This document shows positions 7,990 to 20,863 of a stretch of 64,000 nt of DNA, one piece after another. Where the stretch lies: positions 366,271 through 430,270 of the forward strand of contig CAWAOM010000004.1 in the NCBI GenBank assembly GCA_963783695.1, written 5' to 3'. Both the position numbers and the translations under genes were made by a program. The notes under the pieces were generated by a model. The model did not search any database. It was given only the letters and a program-made list of their open reading frames with translations, and had not been told where the DNA came from. Each line of letters opens with the position of its first letter. Within the stretch, counting starts at the first letter, position 1. The DNA is from an uncultured Gammaproteobacteria bacterium. Lineage in GTDB: Bacteria; Pseudomonadota; Gammaproteobacteria; Steroidobacterales; BM003.

Positions 7990-10900
7990 ATGCTGCAATT
8001 GTCCGGGCCGCCGGCGCTATCACCTTTCCGAATCAGTAAACTTCTCGCCACGCTTCAGGCGGAAGAGCCATCAGTTCGCGCTCTTTCCACTGCCTATGTG
8101 CATCTGGTAGATGTCGCCCGTGAGCTCGATCCGCGCGAAACTGCGGTGCTCGGGCGGCTGTTGCAGTACGGCCCGAAAACCGCGAGCCAGGCGGCCGGAA
8201 GTAGCGAAGTCTGGGTTTTGCCACGTTTCGGTACGATCTCGCCCTGGTCGAGCAAGGCCACCGACATCGCGCACATCTGCGGTCTCGCGCCGGTGCGCCG
8301 AATCGAACGCGGCGTCATTTATCAACTCGATACCGTGGACAAGATCTCGTCGGCACGTCTGCGCGATCTCGCCGCTTCGTTGCACGACCGGATGACTGAA
8401 TCGGTGGTGCTCGCGGCGACCGAGGCGAGTGCGGTTTTTAACTCCCACGACCCGGTGCCCCATGCCACGGTGGATGTGCTGGGCGAAGGTGCCGCCGCAC
8501 TGGAGCGCGCCAATGCCGAGCTCGGTCTTGCCCTGAACGCTGACGAAATAGATTATTTGCTCGAGAACTTTCGGCGTTTGTCGCGCAACCCGTCGGATGC
8601 CGAACTGATGATGTTCGCGCAGGCCAATTCCGAGCATTGCCGCCACAAGATATTCAATGCCAAATGGGTAATAGACGGTGAAGCCCAGCCCGCTTCGCTG
8701 TTCGATATGATCCGCAACACCTATCGGCATGCGCCCGAGGGCGTGTTATCCGCCTATCGTGACAATGCGTCCGTGATCGAGGGCTTTCGCGGAGATCGTT
8801 TGTTGAGCGATTCGCGCGATGGCGTATATCGTTATGAGCGTGAAGACGTTCATATTCTTATGAAGGTCGAAACTCACAATCACCCGACTGCGATTTCACC
8901 TTTTCCCGGCGCCGCTACCGGTTCCGGTGGCGAGATCCGCGACGAAGGCGCGACCGGGCGCGGAGCGAAGCCAAAAGCGGGGCTGACCGGGTTCAGTGTC
9001 TCGAACCTGCATATCCCTGCATTGCCGCAGCCCTGGGAGCAGGCAAACGGCAAGCCCGATCGTATTTCTTCTGCACTGGATATCATGCTTGAAGGCCCAA
9101 TCGGCGCCGCGTCATTCAATAACGAATTCGGTCGCCCGAATCTGCTCGGGTATTTCCGTACCCTTGAGCAGCAATCCGATCCATCGCGCCCGGACCTGAT
9201 TCGCGGCTATCACAAACCGATCATGATCGCGGGCGGTGTCGGTAACATACGTGCCGGACACGTAGAGAAAGCGGATATCGAGCCTGGCACGGTGATCGTG
9301 GTTCTCGGCGGCCCGGCAATGCTGATCGGCCTCGGCGGTGGTGCAGCCTCGTCGATGGGATCCGGTCAGAGCGCGGAGGATCTGGATTTTGCATCAGTCC
9401 AACGCGGCAATCCGGAAATGCAGCGTCGCGCCCAGGAAGTCATCGATTGCTGCTGGTCACTGGGCGACGGTAACCCGATCCTGTTGATTCACGATGTCGG
9501 TGCGGGTGGTCTTTCCAACGCGATTCCGGAGGCGATCGATCACAGCCATCGCGGCGGCACGATAAGCCTGCGCGCCATTCCCAACGACGAGCGCGGGATG
9601 GCGCCGATGGAGATCTGGTGCAACGAGGCGCAGGAACGGTACGTTCTGATCATTGCGCCAGACAAGCTCGAGTTGTTCGAGAGTATCTGTCGCCGGGAGC
9701 GTTGCCTCTATGCAGTGGTCGGCGAGATTTCGGCAAGCCGCCAGCTGACCGTCGAAGACAGTCACTTCGACGACAAGCCGGTCGACATGCCGATGGAAGT
9801 TCTGCTCGGCGAAACGCCGGGCATGACCCGCACGATTGCACGCGCTGTGGCAATGCCGCAACAGCTCGATTTTTCGGATGCAGATATCGGCGAAGCGGCA
9901 GCTCGGGTGCTGGCAATGCCGGCCGTGGCAGACAAGACCTTTCTGATCACCATTGGCGACCGCAGTGTTGGCGGACTGGTTTGCCGCGACCAGATGGTCG
10001 GACCATGGCAGGTGCCGGTTGCCGATGTGGCGGTAACTGCATCGACGTTTACCGCTACGACGGGCGAAGCGATGGCGATGGGCGAGCGCACCCCGGTGGC
10101 GATTATCGATGCCGCCGCATCCGGGCGCATGGCGGTTGCCGAGGCGATTACCAATATTGCAGCGGCCAGAATACAGGGAATTGGCAAGATCCGGCTGTCA
10201 GCCAACTGGATGGCAGCATGCGGCTTCGAGGGCGAAGACGAGGCGCTGTACGACACAGTACGGGCAGTCGGCGAGGAACTGTGCCCGGCACTCGGCATCG
10301 CCATCCCGGTCGGCAAGGATTCGTTGTCGATGAAGTCGTCCTGGCAGGACGGTGAGCGCAAACGGGAAGTGGTCGCGCCGTTGTCGCTGATCGTTTCCGC
10401 ATTTGCGCCGGTCGATGATATTCGGGCGACGTTGACGCCGCAGTTGCGCCGTGACTGCGGTGCGACGCGATTGCTGCTGATCGACCTGGGAGGTGGGCGC
10501 AACCGGCTCGGGGCCTCGGTGGTTGCCCAGTGTTATGGCCGTTCGGGCGGCGAGGTAGCGGATCTTGACGATGCCGCCCGCTTGCGGAATTTCTTCGCTT
10601 TCATGCAACGCCTCAACCGCGACGGCCTCGCACTCGCCTATCATGACCGCTCCGATGGCGGGCTTCTGGCGACCGTGTGCGAGATGAGCTTTGCCGCCCG
10701 GAGCGGGGTCGAAATCGATCTCACTGGCATCGGCTCGGAGCCGTTCGCCGCGTTGTTTTGCGAGGAACTCGGTGCCGTTGTACAGATTCGCGAATCGGAT
10801 CTCGAGCTAATCCGCGAACGTGCCCGCGATGCCGCGATTGACCCGTATCTGCACAATATCGGCACACTGCGTGAGGACGCCGATATCGTATTCAAACATG

Positions 10901-11883
10901 ACGGCGAGACAGTATTCAGCGCCGGACTCGGCGCCATGCAGCGGCAATGGTCGGCCACCAGTTATCACATGCAACGACTGCGCGACGATCCCGAATGCGC
11001 CCGCGAGGAATACGACCGTCTCCTCGATAGCGACGACCCCGGATTGTTCGCCCGACCCGTATTCGATCCGGGCCAGGATGTGGCTGCACCGTATATCAAC
11101 TCGGGCACGCGCCCGCGCATCGCCATACTGCGCGAGCAGGGCGTTAACAGCCAGATGGAAATGGCGGCCGCCTTCATGCGTGCCGGATTCGACGCGGTTG
11201 ACGTTCACATGAGCGATATTCTTGAGGGCCGCCGCGATCTGTCCGGATTTCGCGGTCTGGCGGCGTGCGGCGGATTCTCGTACGGCGACGTGCTCGGTGC
11301 CGGTGAGGGCTGGGCCAAGTCGATCCTGTTCAACCCGCGTGCGCGCGATGAGTTTGCCGCCTATTTTGCCCGCGAGGATACGTTTGCGCTTGGCGTCTGC
11401 AATGGCTGTCAGATGTTTGCCGCGTTGAAAGAGCTGATACCGGGTACTGAACACTGGCCGCATTTCGTGCGCAATCGGTCAGAGCAATTCGAAGCGAGAC
11501 TGAGTCTCGTCGAGGTGCTGGATTCCGATTCGCTGTTGCTGGACGGAATGCAGGGTTCGATCATGCCAATCGTTGTGTCACACGGTGAGGGACGGGCCGA
11601 ATTCGGCGATAAAAATGCCCTCGATGCGATCGCGGCCGATGGCCAGGTCGCGTTGCGTTTCGTTGACAACCGCGGCGCGGTCGCGGCGACCTATCCGGCC
11701 AATCCCAACGGCTCACCCGATGGTATCGCCGGGCTCTGTAACGCAGACGGCCGGGTGACGATTACGATGCCGCATCCGGAACGCATTTGCCGCACGGTGC
11801 AGCATTCCTGGCATCCACCGGAGTGGGGCGAAGACGGACCGTGGCTGAGGCTGTTCAGAAACGCGCGGCTTTGGCTCGCCTGA
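7990..11883 (+). CDS. purL: phosphoribosylformylglycinamidine synthase, single-chain large form
   Basis: 1297 aa. Contains [14 protein letters not shown], duplicated PurM-like domains, and a C-terminal glutaminase domain with GVCNGCQM nucleophile and HPE motifs. Confidence 0.97.
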   Translation: MLQLSGPPALSPFRISKLLATLQAEEPSVRALSTAYVHLVDVARELDPRETAVLGRLLQYGPKTASQAAGSSEVWVLPRFGTISPWSSKATDIAHICGLAPVRRIERGVIYQLDTVDKISSARLRDLAASLHDRMTESVVLAATEASAVFNSHDPVPHATVDVLGEGAAALERANAELGLALNADEIDYLLENFRRLSRNPSDAELMMFAQANSEHCRHKIFNAKWVIDGEAQPASLFDMIRNTYRHAPEGVLSAYRDNASVIEGFRGDRLLSDSRDGVYRYEREDVHILMKVETHNHPTAISPFPGAATGSGGEIRDEGATGRGAKPKAGLTGFSVSNLHIPALPQPWEQANGKPDRISSALDIMLEGPIGAASFNNEFGRPNLLGYFRTLEQQSDPSRPDLIRGYHKPIMIAGGVGNIRAGHVEKADIEPGTVIVVLGGPAMLIGLGGGAASSMGSGQSAEDLDFASVQRGNPEMQRRAQEVIDCCWSLGDGNPILLIHDVGAGGLSNAIPEAIDHSHRGGTISLRAIPNDERGMAPMEIWCNEAQERYVLIIAPDKLELFESICRRERCLYAVVGEISASRQLTVEDSHFDDKPVDMPMEVLLGETPGMTRTIARAVAMPQQLDFSDADIGEAAARVLAMPAVADKTFLITIGDRSVGGLVCRDQMVGPWQVPVADVAVTASTFTATTGEAMAMGERTPVAIIDAAASGRMAVAEAITNIAAARIQGIGKIRLSANWMAACGFEGEDEALYDTVRAVGEELCPALGIAIPVGKDSLSMKSSWQDGERKREVVAPLSLIVSAFAPVDDIRATLTPQLRRDCGATRLLLIDLGGGRNRLGASVVAQCYGRSGGEVADLDDAARLRNFFAFMQRLNRDGLALAYHDRSDGGLLATVCEMSFAARSGVEIDLTGIGSEPFAALFCEELGAVVQIRESDLELIRERARDAAIDPYLHNIGTLREDADIVFKHDGETVFSAGLGAMQRQWSATSYHMQRLRDDPECAREEYDRLLDSDDPGLFARPVFDPGQDVAAPYINSGTRPRIAILREQGVNSQMEMAAAFMRAGFDAVDVHMSDILEGRRDLSGFRGLAACGGFSYGDVLGAGEGWAKSILFNPRARDEFAAYFAREDTFALGVCNGCQMFAALKELIPGTEHWPHFVRNRSEQFEARLSLVEVLDSDSLLLDGMQGSIMPIVVSHGEGRAEFGDKNALDAIAADGQVALRFVDNRGAVAATYPANPNGSPDGIAGLCNADGRVTITMPHPERICRTVQHSWHPPEWGEDGPWLRLFRNARLWLA

Positions 11884-11887
11884 TCTC

Positions 11888-12604
11888 TCAGGTGTGCAGT
11901 TCCGCGCCGGCTTCGCCAATCCGGGCGACATCTTCACCGGGCTTGCTGTCGGTATAGATTCGTCTCACCATCATGGCCTGCTGCAGTTTGCCCTTGCGCA
12001 CGTAGCACTGGTAGAACATGTCTTTCATCAGCTCCAGCAGAATACTGGCCTGCGCCGGGTTGAGCGACGGGCAGGGATCGCTGTCGCTATCGAGAATGAC
12101 TGCCTTCACAAGGGCAAAAATGTCATTGTCGATTGCCGCCATGTCTTTTACGTCATTGAGCTGATCGAACACCCGCAATTTTCCAGTCTCGCCGAGATCG
12201 CTGAAAACCTGCTGGGCGCTGCGCCTGCACATTGAGGCGAAAGCATTGAAACAGGCGTGCGAATAACAGGTCAGCGCTTCGCGAAAAAGCTGTTCAACCT
12301 CTTCCGGGATATGGCTGAAGTCGAATGCCTCAACCGGCTTCTCGAGTTCGGCGAACTGCCTCGAGAGCTCGACCCGTTCGGCGCTATATGCGGTGACGTT
12401 GAATCTTAGAAAAACCGGTGCATTGCACGATTCGCAGCGGTAGACCAGGCCAACCTGTTTCGGCTTGTAGCGCATCAACTTATCGAAATCGGGGGTCGAT
12501 ATCGGTGTGATATGCGAATAGGTCTGACACTGCGGACAGGTCAGCGCAAGCTGCGAGTCGAATGTCTGCTGAATACTATTGTCCGGTTCCACGAATATGG
12601 ACAT
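11888..12604 (-). CDS. zinc-ribbon plus DUF4145-like domain protein, unknown function
   Basis: CPQC...(32 aa)...CESC four-Cys ribbon at the N-terminus. The C-terminal half (FREALTCYSHACFNAFASMCRRSAQ...) resembles DUF4145. ATG at 12604 is preferred over TTG at 12622. The gene is visibly more AT-rich than its neighbours. Confidence 0.6.
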   Translation of the reverse strand: MSIFVEPDNSIQQTFDSQLALTCPQCQTYSHITPISTPDFDKLMRYKPKQVGLVYRCESCNAPVFLRFNVTAYSAERVELSRQFAELEKPVEAFDFSHIPEEVEQLFREALTCYSHACFNAFASMCRRSAQQVFSDLGETGKLRVFDQLNDVKDMAAIDNDIFALVKAVILDSDSDPCPSLNPAQASILLELMKDMFYQCYVRKGKLQQAMMVRRIYTDSKPGEDVARIGEAGAELHT

Positions 12605-12724
12605 GTTCCCGCCCGTCCCCAAGTCATTTTTTTGTTTTTTATTGTGCTGCCGAGTGTAGCCGATCGGTCAGGTTCAGGCACCCGCAAATTCCGCGCATCC
12701 GCGGGATTAAGCCAGGTCGGGAAG

Positions 12725-12745
12725 AAAAAAACCGGGCTGGCCGGC
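12725..12745 (-). terminator. weak candidate intrinsic terminator downstream of hutH
   Basis: The minus-strand transcript reads ..GCGCCGGCCAGCCCGGUUUUUUUC. That is a short CCGG/CCGG stem followed by a 7-U run. The stem is only 4-5 bp. Confidence 0.25.
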
Positions 12746-12853
12746 GCAATCGCGGACAGCGCCCGCGAATTGTGGGCAACATCAACCACTGCATGGGCCG
12801 ATTTCGCCTGTTGGTGCCGCTGCGGCATTTGCTGCCGTGGTGGAGAAATCCAC

Positions 12854-14398
12854 CTAATGCCGGGCAAAAGTGTCGAGTTCAGGGGCCCCTGCCAGCAGCA
12901 TCAGAAATTTACCGCTGGCAATCGCCTTCGCCACCTCGGCGATTTCGATGTCATGGCGGCGATCTCCTTTCAAAGCCGGCGCAACCTCGCGTAACCGTAT
13001 CCGGACTGCGTCGATTTCGGCCGTGGCGGTCAACGGCGATTGCGCTTCTATTGCACGCGCGGCGGCGAGCAGTTCGATCGCCAGTATATGTTCGAGGTTG
13101 TCGCAAATACTCATTAGTTTCAGCGCCGCCCAGGGTGCCATGCTGACATGGTCCTCCTGGCCGGCCGAGGTGGGAATCGAGTCAACGCTGGCTGGATGGC
13201 TCAGTGTCTTGTTCTCCGAGGCGAGCGCGGCGGCGCTGACATGAGCGATCATCAGACCGGATTGCAGCCCCGGTTCGCGAGCGAGGAACATGTTGAGGCT
13301 CGGGTTGATGCGGCGTTCGAGCAGGTCGATCCGGCGCTCCGCCATGGTGCCGAGTTCGCTCGCCGCAATGGCCATGAAGTCGCACACGAATCCCAGCGGT
13401 TCGGCGTGGAAATTGCCGCCCGACAACACATCATCACCGAAAATCAGTGGGTTGTCAGATACCGCATTGCACTCGTTTTCCAGCACCGCAGCGCAGTGAT
13501 GCAAGGTATCCCAGACGGCGCCGAGAACCTGTGGCATGCAACGGACCGAATACGGATCCTGGACGCGGTCGCAGTCCGCATGACCGGAGTGAATCTCGCT
13601 GGCGGTCAATAATCGGCGAAATGCCGTGGCGACGCGACGCTGCCCACGCATGCCCCGTGCATCGTGGATACGCCTGTCGAAGGGCGTGAAACTTCCGGCA
13701 AGGCCCTCGACCGTCATCGCGCCTGCGACAATCGACGTACGCAACAGGTTTTCGAGGCGGTACAGACCCTCGATCGCCAGTGCCGCTGACAACTGCGTCC
13801 CGTTTAACAGCGCCAGGCCCTCTTTTGCCTGCAGTTGCACCGCCGCGAATCCGGCGGTGCGCGGGACTTCGACCCCGGTAATCTTCTCTCCCCGCCACAG
13901 CGCCTCGCCCTCGCCGATGAGCGCGAGCGTCATGTGAGCCAGCGGCGCAAGGTCACCGGAAGCGCCAACCGAGCCTTTCGCCGGAATGATCGGTATCACG
14001 TCATTGTTGGCCAGCGCCAGCAACGCGTCGACCACTTCCGGGCGAATCCCCGAGCATCCCGCTGCGAGGCTGTTGGCTTTGAGAACCAGGATTCGGCGCA
14101 CTATGTTCTCGCCAAGCGCCGTGCCGATACCGCAGGTGTGGCTGCGGGCCAGGTTGTATTGCAGTTCCACGACCTGGGAGTCGGGAATATGACGATTGGC
14201 GAACGCACCGAAGCCGGTGTTGATGCCATAGCAGATGCGTTTGCTGCGGATAACTTCAGCAACGGTTGCGACACTTGCAAGCATATTCTCGCGGGCCTGC
14301 GGCGCCAGTTCGAAACGCGGATGCTCGCGTTCGAATTGCGCCAGCCGGGCAAGTGTCAGGGTGCGGCCGTCAAGGATCGCGCTGCTGGTTGCCGCCAT
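12854..14398 (-). CDS. hutH: histidine ammonia-lyase (MIO-dependent aromatic amino acid lyase family)
   Basis: MIO-forming triad in GSVGASGDLAPLAH. The selectivity position reads LARSHTCG (Ser-His, HAL-type rather than TAL His-Leu or PAL Phe-Leu). Confidence 0.85.
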   Translation of the reverse strand: MAATSSAILDGRTLTLARLAQFEREHPRFELAPQARENMLASVATVAEVIRSKRICYGINTGFGAFANRHIPDSQVVELQYNLARSHTCGIGTALGENIVRRILVLKANSLAAGCSGIRPEVVDALLALANNDVIPIIPAKGSVGASGDLAPLAHMTLALIGEGEALWRGEKITGVEVPRTAGFAAVQLQAKEGLALLNGTQLSAALAIEGLYRLENLLRTSIVAGAMTVEGLAGSFTPFDRRIHDARGMRGQRRVATAFRRLLTASEIHSGHADCDRVQDPYSVRCMPQVLGAVWDTLHHCAAVLENECNAVSDNPLIFGDDVLSGGNFHAEPLGFVCDFMAIAASELGTMAERRIDLLERRINPSLNMFLAREPGLQSGLMIAHVSAAALASENKTLSHPASVDSIPTSAGQEDHVSMAPWAALKLMSICDNLEHILAIELLAAARAIEAQSPLTATAEIDAVRIRLREVAPALKGDRRHDIEIAEVAKAIASGKFLMLLAGAPELDTFARH

Positions 14399-14508
14399 CG
14401 GCTGCTCCGTTGGAGATCGGTGAATTCGACAGTAGCACCTAATCTAAAACGGAATCGGGCTGGCCGCCACTGGCGGCCAGCCCGATCTGTTGCCCGCGAG
14501 GGACGCAG

Positions 14509-15348
14509 TCAGCGCGGTTTGCGAAAACGCAGAGTCATTCGATCGCTCTCGCCGATGCCGCGATAAAGCTCCTTGTCCACGTCGCCAAGACGGTAACTGG
14601 GCGGCAGTGTCCAGACGCCCTCGGGGTGATCGTGGGTGTCTTTGGGGTTTGCATTGATCTCGGAACGTGCTTCAGCGACGAAGCCCGCAGCCTGTGCCAG
14701 GGCGATCACGGCCTGCTCCGTCACATAACCGGACTTCGAACTTTCGGCGGGTGACCCGGGAGCGGCGCGGTGCTGGACGACGCCGAGCACGCCGCCGGGC
14801 TTGAGAACCTTGAATGCCTCGGCCATAACGCTGTCTGCAAGACCGTTATTTATGAAACTGTGGGTGTTACGGAACGTCAGAACCATGTCGGCGGAGCCGG
14901 GCGCGCCGAGCGAGGTTTTGCGCGGAGGGTCCCAGTCGATGATTTTGACACTGCCATACACATCAGGGTCGCCGGCGACCTTGTCCATCAGCGCCTTGTG
15001 CAGACGCGGACGATAGGCGGGAGTCGTGTCCATGCCGTAACTGGCCGCAATCAGCGTTCCTTTTTCGCGCAAGAATGGTGCCAGGATCTCGGTGTACCAG
15101 CCACCGCCCGGCCATAGCTCAATGACGGTCATGCCCGGTTCGATTCCGAAAAAAGCGAGGGTTTCCACCGGATCGCGGTTTTCGTCGCGCGCCTGGTTGG
15201 CGGGACTGCGGTGGGCGCCGCCCACAGCCTTCAACAGGCCGCCGCTTACCGGGTCAGCGTGGTGTTCGGCGCGGGCTTCGCCGGCGACCTGAAATCCGAG
15301 ACAGCAGAGCGCCAGTGACAGTGCGGTTGTTTTGATCTGAGTTTTCAT
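14509..15348 (-). CDS. class I SAM-dependent methyltransferase-fold protein with N-terminal signal peptide
   Basis: Start moved to ATG 15348 (MKTQIKTTALSLALCCLGFQVAGEARA, GGAAGG RBS), because the longer ORF overlaps ettA. Motif I-like VIELWPGGGWYTEIL. Confidence 0.75.
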   Translation of the reverse strand: MKTQIKTTALSLALCCLGFQVAGEARAEHHADPVSGGLLKAVGGAHRSPANQARDENRDPVETLAFFGIEPGMTVIELWPGGGWYTEILAPFLREKGTLIAASYGMDTTPAYRPRLHKALMDKVAGDPDVYGSVKIIDWDPPRKTSLGAPGSADMVLTFRNTHSFINNGLADSVMAEAFKVLKPGGVLGVVQHRAAPGSPAESSKSGYVTEQAVIALAQAAGFVAEARSEINANPKDTHDHPEGVWTLPPSYRLGDVDKELYRGIGESDRMTLRFRKPR

Positions 15349-15445
15349 TTTCCTTCCAGTTGTTGCAGTCAAAATTGGGGCAGGTGGAGCGGCTGCGCGA
15401 TCGTTGCAGCGGCCAACCCGCAAGGGTTGTTCAGGGCGCAGGCGA

Positions 15446-17113
<1,668 letters not shown>

Positions 17114-17277
17114 AGGGGTTCGCATTTGTCGGGAGAGGCGCGCGATTATCGGCAATCGCGGCCCGCCAATCCAGTGTCGTGCCATTGCGCTCTGCGCTGG
17201 GATGGTCGCGCCCCGTTGCATCGCGGCCTCGGGTACAATCGGCGAAACCTGCCTTTATTGTTCATGGAGACGCCAGA

Positions 17278-18567
17278 ATGTTCACGCCCGACCTGACTAT
17301 CGCCGTATTTGATCCGGAACTGGCTGCGGCCATGGAGCAGGAGCGCCAGCGTCAGGAAGACCATATCGAGCTGATCGCCTCGGAAAACTATGCCAGCCCC
17401 GCGGTGCTCGAAGCGCAGGGATCGGTGCTGACCAACAAGTACGCGGAGGGTTATCCCGGCAAGCGCTATTACGGTGGCTGCGAATTCGTCGATATCGCGG
17501 AACGTCTGGCGATCGAACGTGTGCGCAAGTTGTTCGGCGCGGACTATGCCAATGTGCAGCCGCATTCCGGGTCGCAGGCCAATGCCGCGGTTTTCATGGC
17601 GTTGTTGCAACCGGGTGACACGATACTCGGGATGAGCCTCGCGCATGGTGGTCACCTGACTCATGGCGCGAAGGTCAATTTTTCCGGCAAGCTTTTTAAC
17701 GCCGTTCAATACGGAATCGACGAGAGCAGCGGCGAGATCGACTACGAACAGGTCGGCGCACTCGCCCGCGAGCATCGGCCGCGAATGATCGTCGCTGGTT
17801 TTTCCGCCTACTCCAGGGTCATCGATTGGCAGAAGTTTCGCGACATTGCCGATGAAGTGGGGGCTTATCTCGTCGTCGACATGGCGCATATTGCCGGTCT
17901 CGTTGCGGCCGGTGTCTATCCCAGCCCTGTTGCGATCGCTGATGTTGTGACCAGCACGACTCACAAGACGTTGCGTGGCCCGCGCGGCGGCATAATCCTC
18001 GCGCGCGAAAATCCCGAGCTGACCAAGAAACTCAACTCACTGGTTTTTCCGGGCACCCAGGGCGGGCCGCTGATGCATGTCATCGCGGCCAAGGCCGTGG
18101 CGTTCCTCGAAGCGATGCAACCCGGGTTTGTCGAGTATCAGCAGCAGGTGGTCGCCAATGCCCGGCTGATGACCGAAGTCCTGACGGCGCGGGGGTTCAG
18201 GATCGTTTCGGGCGGGACCGACAACCACCTGTTCCTGCTTGACCTGATCGACAAGGACATTACCGGCAAGGATGCCGACGCAGCGCTGGGGCGCGCGAAT
18301 ATCACGGTCAACAAGAACGCGGTGCCAAACGATCCGCGGTCGCCTTTCGTAACCAGTGGTCTGCGTCTTGGAACACCGGCCATCACCACCCGCGGGTTCG
18401 GTGCGGAGGAGGTAACGGCACTGACTCACTGGATGGCCGATATTCTCGATGACATTTCCAACGAGGACACGATCGATCGCGTGCGCGCGAAGGTACTGGA
18501 GTTGTGCGGCCGCTTTCCCGTCTACCGTGCGGCGCCTGCGGCGGCGCAGGCCGCGGTCGGCGCGTGA
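17278..18567 (+). CDS. glyA: serine hydroxymethyltransferase
   Basis: [15 protein letters not shown] start. PLP-lysine motif [14 protein letters not shown]. Confidence 0.97.
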   Translation: MFTPDLTIAVFDPELAAAMEQERQRQEDHIELIASENYASPAVLEAQGSVLTNKYAEGYPGKRYYGGCEFVDIAERLAIERVRKLFGADYANVQPHSGSQANAAVFMALLQPGDTILGMSLAHGGHLTHGAKVNFSGKLFNAVQYGIDESSGEIDYEQVGALAREHRPRMIVAGFSAYSRVIDWQKFRDIADEVGAYLVVDMAHIAGLVAAGVYPSPVAIADVVTSTTHKTLRGPRGGIILARENPELTKKLNSLVFPGTQGGPLMHVIAAKAVAFLEAMQPGFVEYQQQVVANARLMTEVLTARGFRIVSGGTDNHLFLLDLIDKDITGKDADAALGRANITVNKNAVPNDPRSPFVTSGLRLGTPAITTRGFGAEEVTALTHWMADILDDISNEDTIDRVRAKVLELCGRFPVYRAAPAAAQAAVGA

Positions 18568-18577
18568 TTCGTGAGCA

Positions 18578-19102
18578 ATGCACTGTCCTTTCTGCGGTCA
18601 TTCTGAAACCAAGGTAGCCGACTCCCGTTTGGCGGGAGAAGGGCGCCAGGTGCGGCGGCGGCGCGAGTGCCTGAGTTGTGCGGAGCGATTTACGACTTTC
18701 GAAACGGCCGAGCTGGTGCTGCCTCATGTCGTAAAAAGCGACGCCAGCCGTCAGCCCTTCGACGAGGCCAAACTCCGCGCCGGTATCGAGCGGGCACTGG
18801 AGAAAAGGCCGGTCAGCAGCGAAGCTGTGGAAGAGGCTTTGTCGCGTATCGTGCACAAGCTCCAGGTGGCCGGCGAACGTGAGGTGCGTTCCGTCATGAT
18901 TGGTGAGCTGGTGATGGAAGAACTGCGCCAGCTCGACGAGGTCGCATTCGTCCGCTTTGCGTCCGTCTACCGCAGTTTCCAGGATGTCGAGGAATTTCGC
19001 GAGGAGATTGAGCGCTTGCAACAGGTGTCGCGAGAATTTGCCGATCGCGAACAGATGTCCCTGTTGCCCGAGGAACGGCTGCGGCGTGGCCGGCGGCAGT
19101 GA
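18578..19102 (+). CDS. nrdR: transcriptional repressor NrdR
   Basis: [17 protein letters not shown]...CLSC zinc ribbon followed by an ATP-cone region. Confidence 0.95.
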   Translation: MHCPFCGHSETKVADSRLAGEGRQVRRRRECLSCAERFTTFETAELVLPHVVKSDASRQPFDEAKLRAGIERALEKRPVSSEAVEEALSRIVHKLQVAGEREVRSVMIGELVMEELRQLDEVAFVRFASVYRSFQDVEEFREEIERLQQVSREFADREQMSLLPEERLRRGRRQ

Positions 19103-20196
19103 GTTTTTCCGCGACGGATGAGCGTTACATGAAGCGCGCGCTGGCGCTCGCGGCGCGCGGTCGATACACGACCCACCCGAATCCCAATGTCGGCTGCGTG
19201 ATTGTCAGCGACGATCAGGTTGTGGCGGAGGCGTGGCACCGCCGCGCGGGGGAGCCGCATGCCGAGGCGCTGGCGCTGGCCGCGGCCGGCGCGCGCGCGC
19301 GCGGGGCGACGATCTACCTGACTCTTGAGCCATGCAGCCATCGCGGCAGAACCCCGCCGTGTGTCGATGCAGTCATCGCTGCCGCACCGGCGCGTGTTGT
19401 CGTGGCGATGCAGGACCCGAATCCTGTTGTCGATGGCAGCGGTATCGATGCGATGCGCGGGGCGGGAATCGATGTGGAAGCAGGCCTTTGCGGCGGCCGT
19501 GCCGAGGCACTCAATCGCGGATTCGTGTCGCGGATGCGCCGCGGCAGGCCGTGGGTGATCAGCAAGATCGCGGCGAGTATCGATGGACGCACCGCTCTCG
19601 CAAACGGCGAAAGTAAATGGATTTCCAGCGCTGAATCCCGCGCTGACGTGCAGCAGCTGCGTGCCGGTTGCGGCGCGATTCTCACCGGCATAGGCACTGT
19701 TCTCGCGGACGATCCGTCGCTGAATGTTCGCCTGGAGGAGTGCGAGCGGCAACCGCTGCGGGTGATTTGTGATACCCGTCTGCGCGTCGCGCCGACCGCG
19801 CGAACCCTCTGCGTCGATGGCGCGGTGCTGATCGCGACGGCCAGCCACGATGACTACCGGCGCGAGGCGCTTGCGGCGGCAGGAGCCGCATTCCTCGATG
19901 TGGCGGAGCGTGACGGCCATCTCGACCTGCACCAGGTGTTGGGGCAACTCGGCCAGCGCGAAGTCAATGATGTCCTGGTCGAGGCGGGTGCTGGCCTGAA
20001 CGGCGCGCTGGCCGCGGCGGGGCTGATCGATGAGCTGGTGGTCTACTACGCGCCGAGTCTGCTCGGCAGCGACGGTCGCGGCATGTTTCACTTGCCGCAG
20101 GTCGCATCCATGTCCGACAAGGTAGAATGCAGTTTTGCGGAAAGCGTCAGAGTCGGGCCTGACCTCAGGGTCCGGTTGCGCCTGGCGGATACATAG
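19099..20196 (+). CDS. ribD: bifunctional diaminohydroxyphosphoribosylaminopyrimidine deaminase / 5-amino-6-(5-phosphoribosylamino)uracil reductase
   Basis: Deaminase motifs HAEALAL and [17 protein letters not shown] start/stop overlap with nrdR. Confidence 0.95.
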   Translation: MSFSATDERYMKRALALAARGRYTTHPNPNVGCVIVSDDQVVAEAWHRRAGEPHAEALALAAAGARARGATIYLTLEPCSHRGRTPPCVDAVIAAAPARVVVAMQDPNPVVDGSGIDAMRGAGIDVEAGLCGGRAEALNRGFVSRMRRGRPWVISKIAASIDGRTALANGESKWISSAESRADVQQLRAGCGAILTGIGTVLADDPSLNVRLEECERQPLRVICDTRLRVAPTARTLCVDGAVLIATASHDDYRREALAAAGAAFLDVAERDGHLDLHQVLGQLGQREVNDVLVEAGAGLNGALAAAGLIDELVVYYAPSLLGSDGRGMFHLPQVASMSDKVECSFAESVRVGPDLRVRLRLADT

Positions 20197-20203
20197 GGTT
20201 GCG

Positions 20204-20851
20204 ATGTTCACCGGCATTATCCAGGCCACTGGCGGTATCAGGGCGCGTCGCAGCGTCGGTGGCGACGTGCGCCTCGAAATCGAGTCAAACGATCTCGACT
20301 TCACCGCCGTCAGGCCGGGCGACAGCATCGCGGTCAACGGGGTCTGTCTAACCGCGATCGAACTGGGTCCGGACTGGTTCGCTGCCGATTGTTCCGTGGA
20401 AACACTCGATCTGACCAGCCTCGGCGGTGTGGACGATCGCGCTACGCTCAACCTCGAAAAGGCGCTGGTTGCCGGCCAGCCCCTCGGCGGTCATCTCGTC
20501 AGCGGACATGTCGATGGCGTTGGTCGCTGCGTATCGCGCAGCGCCGATGCTCGATCGGTGCGTTTCGAGTTCGAGCTGCCGCCCGAACTCGTGCGCTATG
20601 TCGCGCGCAAGGGCTCGATCTGTATCGATGGCGTAAGCCTTACCGTCAATGACGTTAGCGGGAACCGGTTCGGCGTGAACATCGTGCCGCATACGCTTGC
20701 CGCGACAAACATCGGCGGTTTTGCTCCGGGCACCATCGTCAACATCGAGGTGGATGTGATTGCGCGGTACCTGGAACAACTGCTGCGAGACCACAGCGAT
20801 AGCGGTCTCGATCTCGACAAGCTGAGACTTCACGGCTTCGCCGCGGAGTAG
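20204..20851 (+). CDS. ribE: riboflavin synthase
   Basis: The canonical MFTGIIQATG start is at ATG 20204. Internal duplication of the lumazine-binding repeat. Confidence 0.93.
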   Translation: MFTGIIQATGGIRARRSVGGDVRLEIESNDLDFTAVRPGDSIAVNGVCLTAIELGPDWFAADCSVETLDLTSLGGVDDRATLNLEKALVAGQPLGGHLVSGHVDGVGRCVSRSADARSVRFEFELPPELVRYVARKGSICIDGVSLTVNDVSGNRFGVNIVPHTLAATNIGGFAPGTIVNIEVDVIARYLEQLLRDHSDSGLDLDKLRLHGFAAE

Positions 20852-20863
20852 ACGGAGAGAATT

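Noticed and set aside
12854-14398. Tyrosine or phenylalanine ammonia-lyase (e.g. for p-coumarate or PYP chromophore synthesis)
   Set aside because: The selectivity-switch residues read Ser-His (LARSHTCG), the histidine ammonia-lyase pattern. No 4-coumarate ligase or pyp-like gene is nearby.
17114-17277. ZTP (pfl) or other folate/one-carbon riboswitch upstream of glyA
   Set aside because: I could not find the conserved pfl elements (the ..GGGUCGUGAC.. core or the CCGCCUGGGC pseudoknot partner) in the 164-nt leader.
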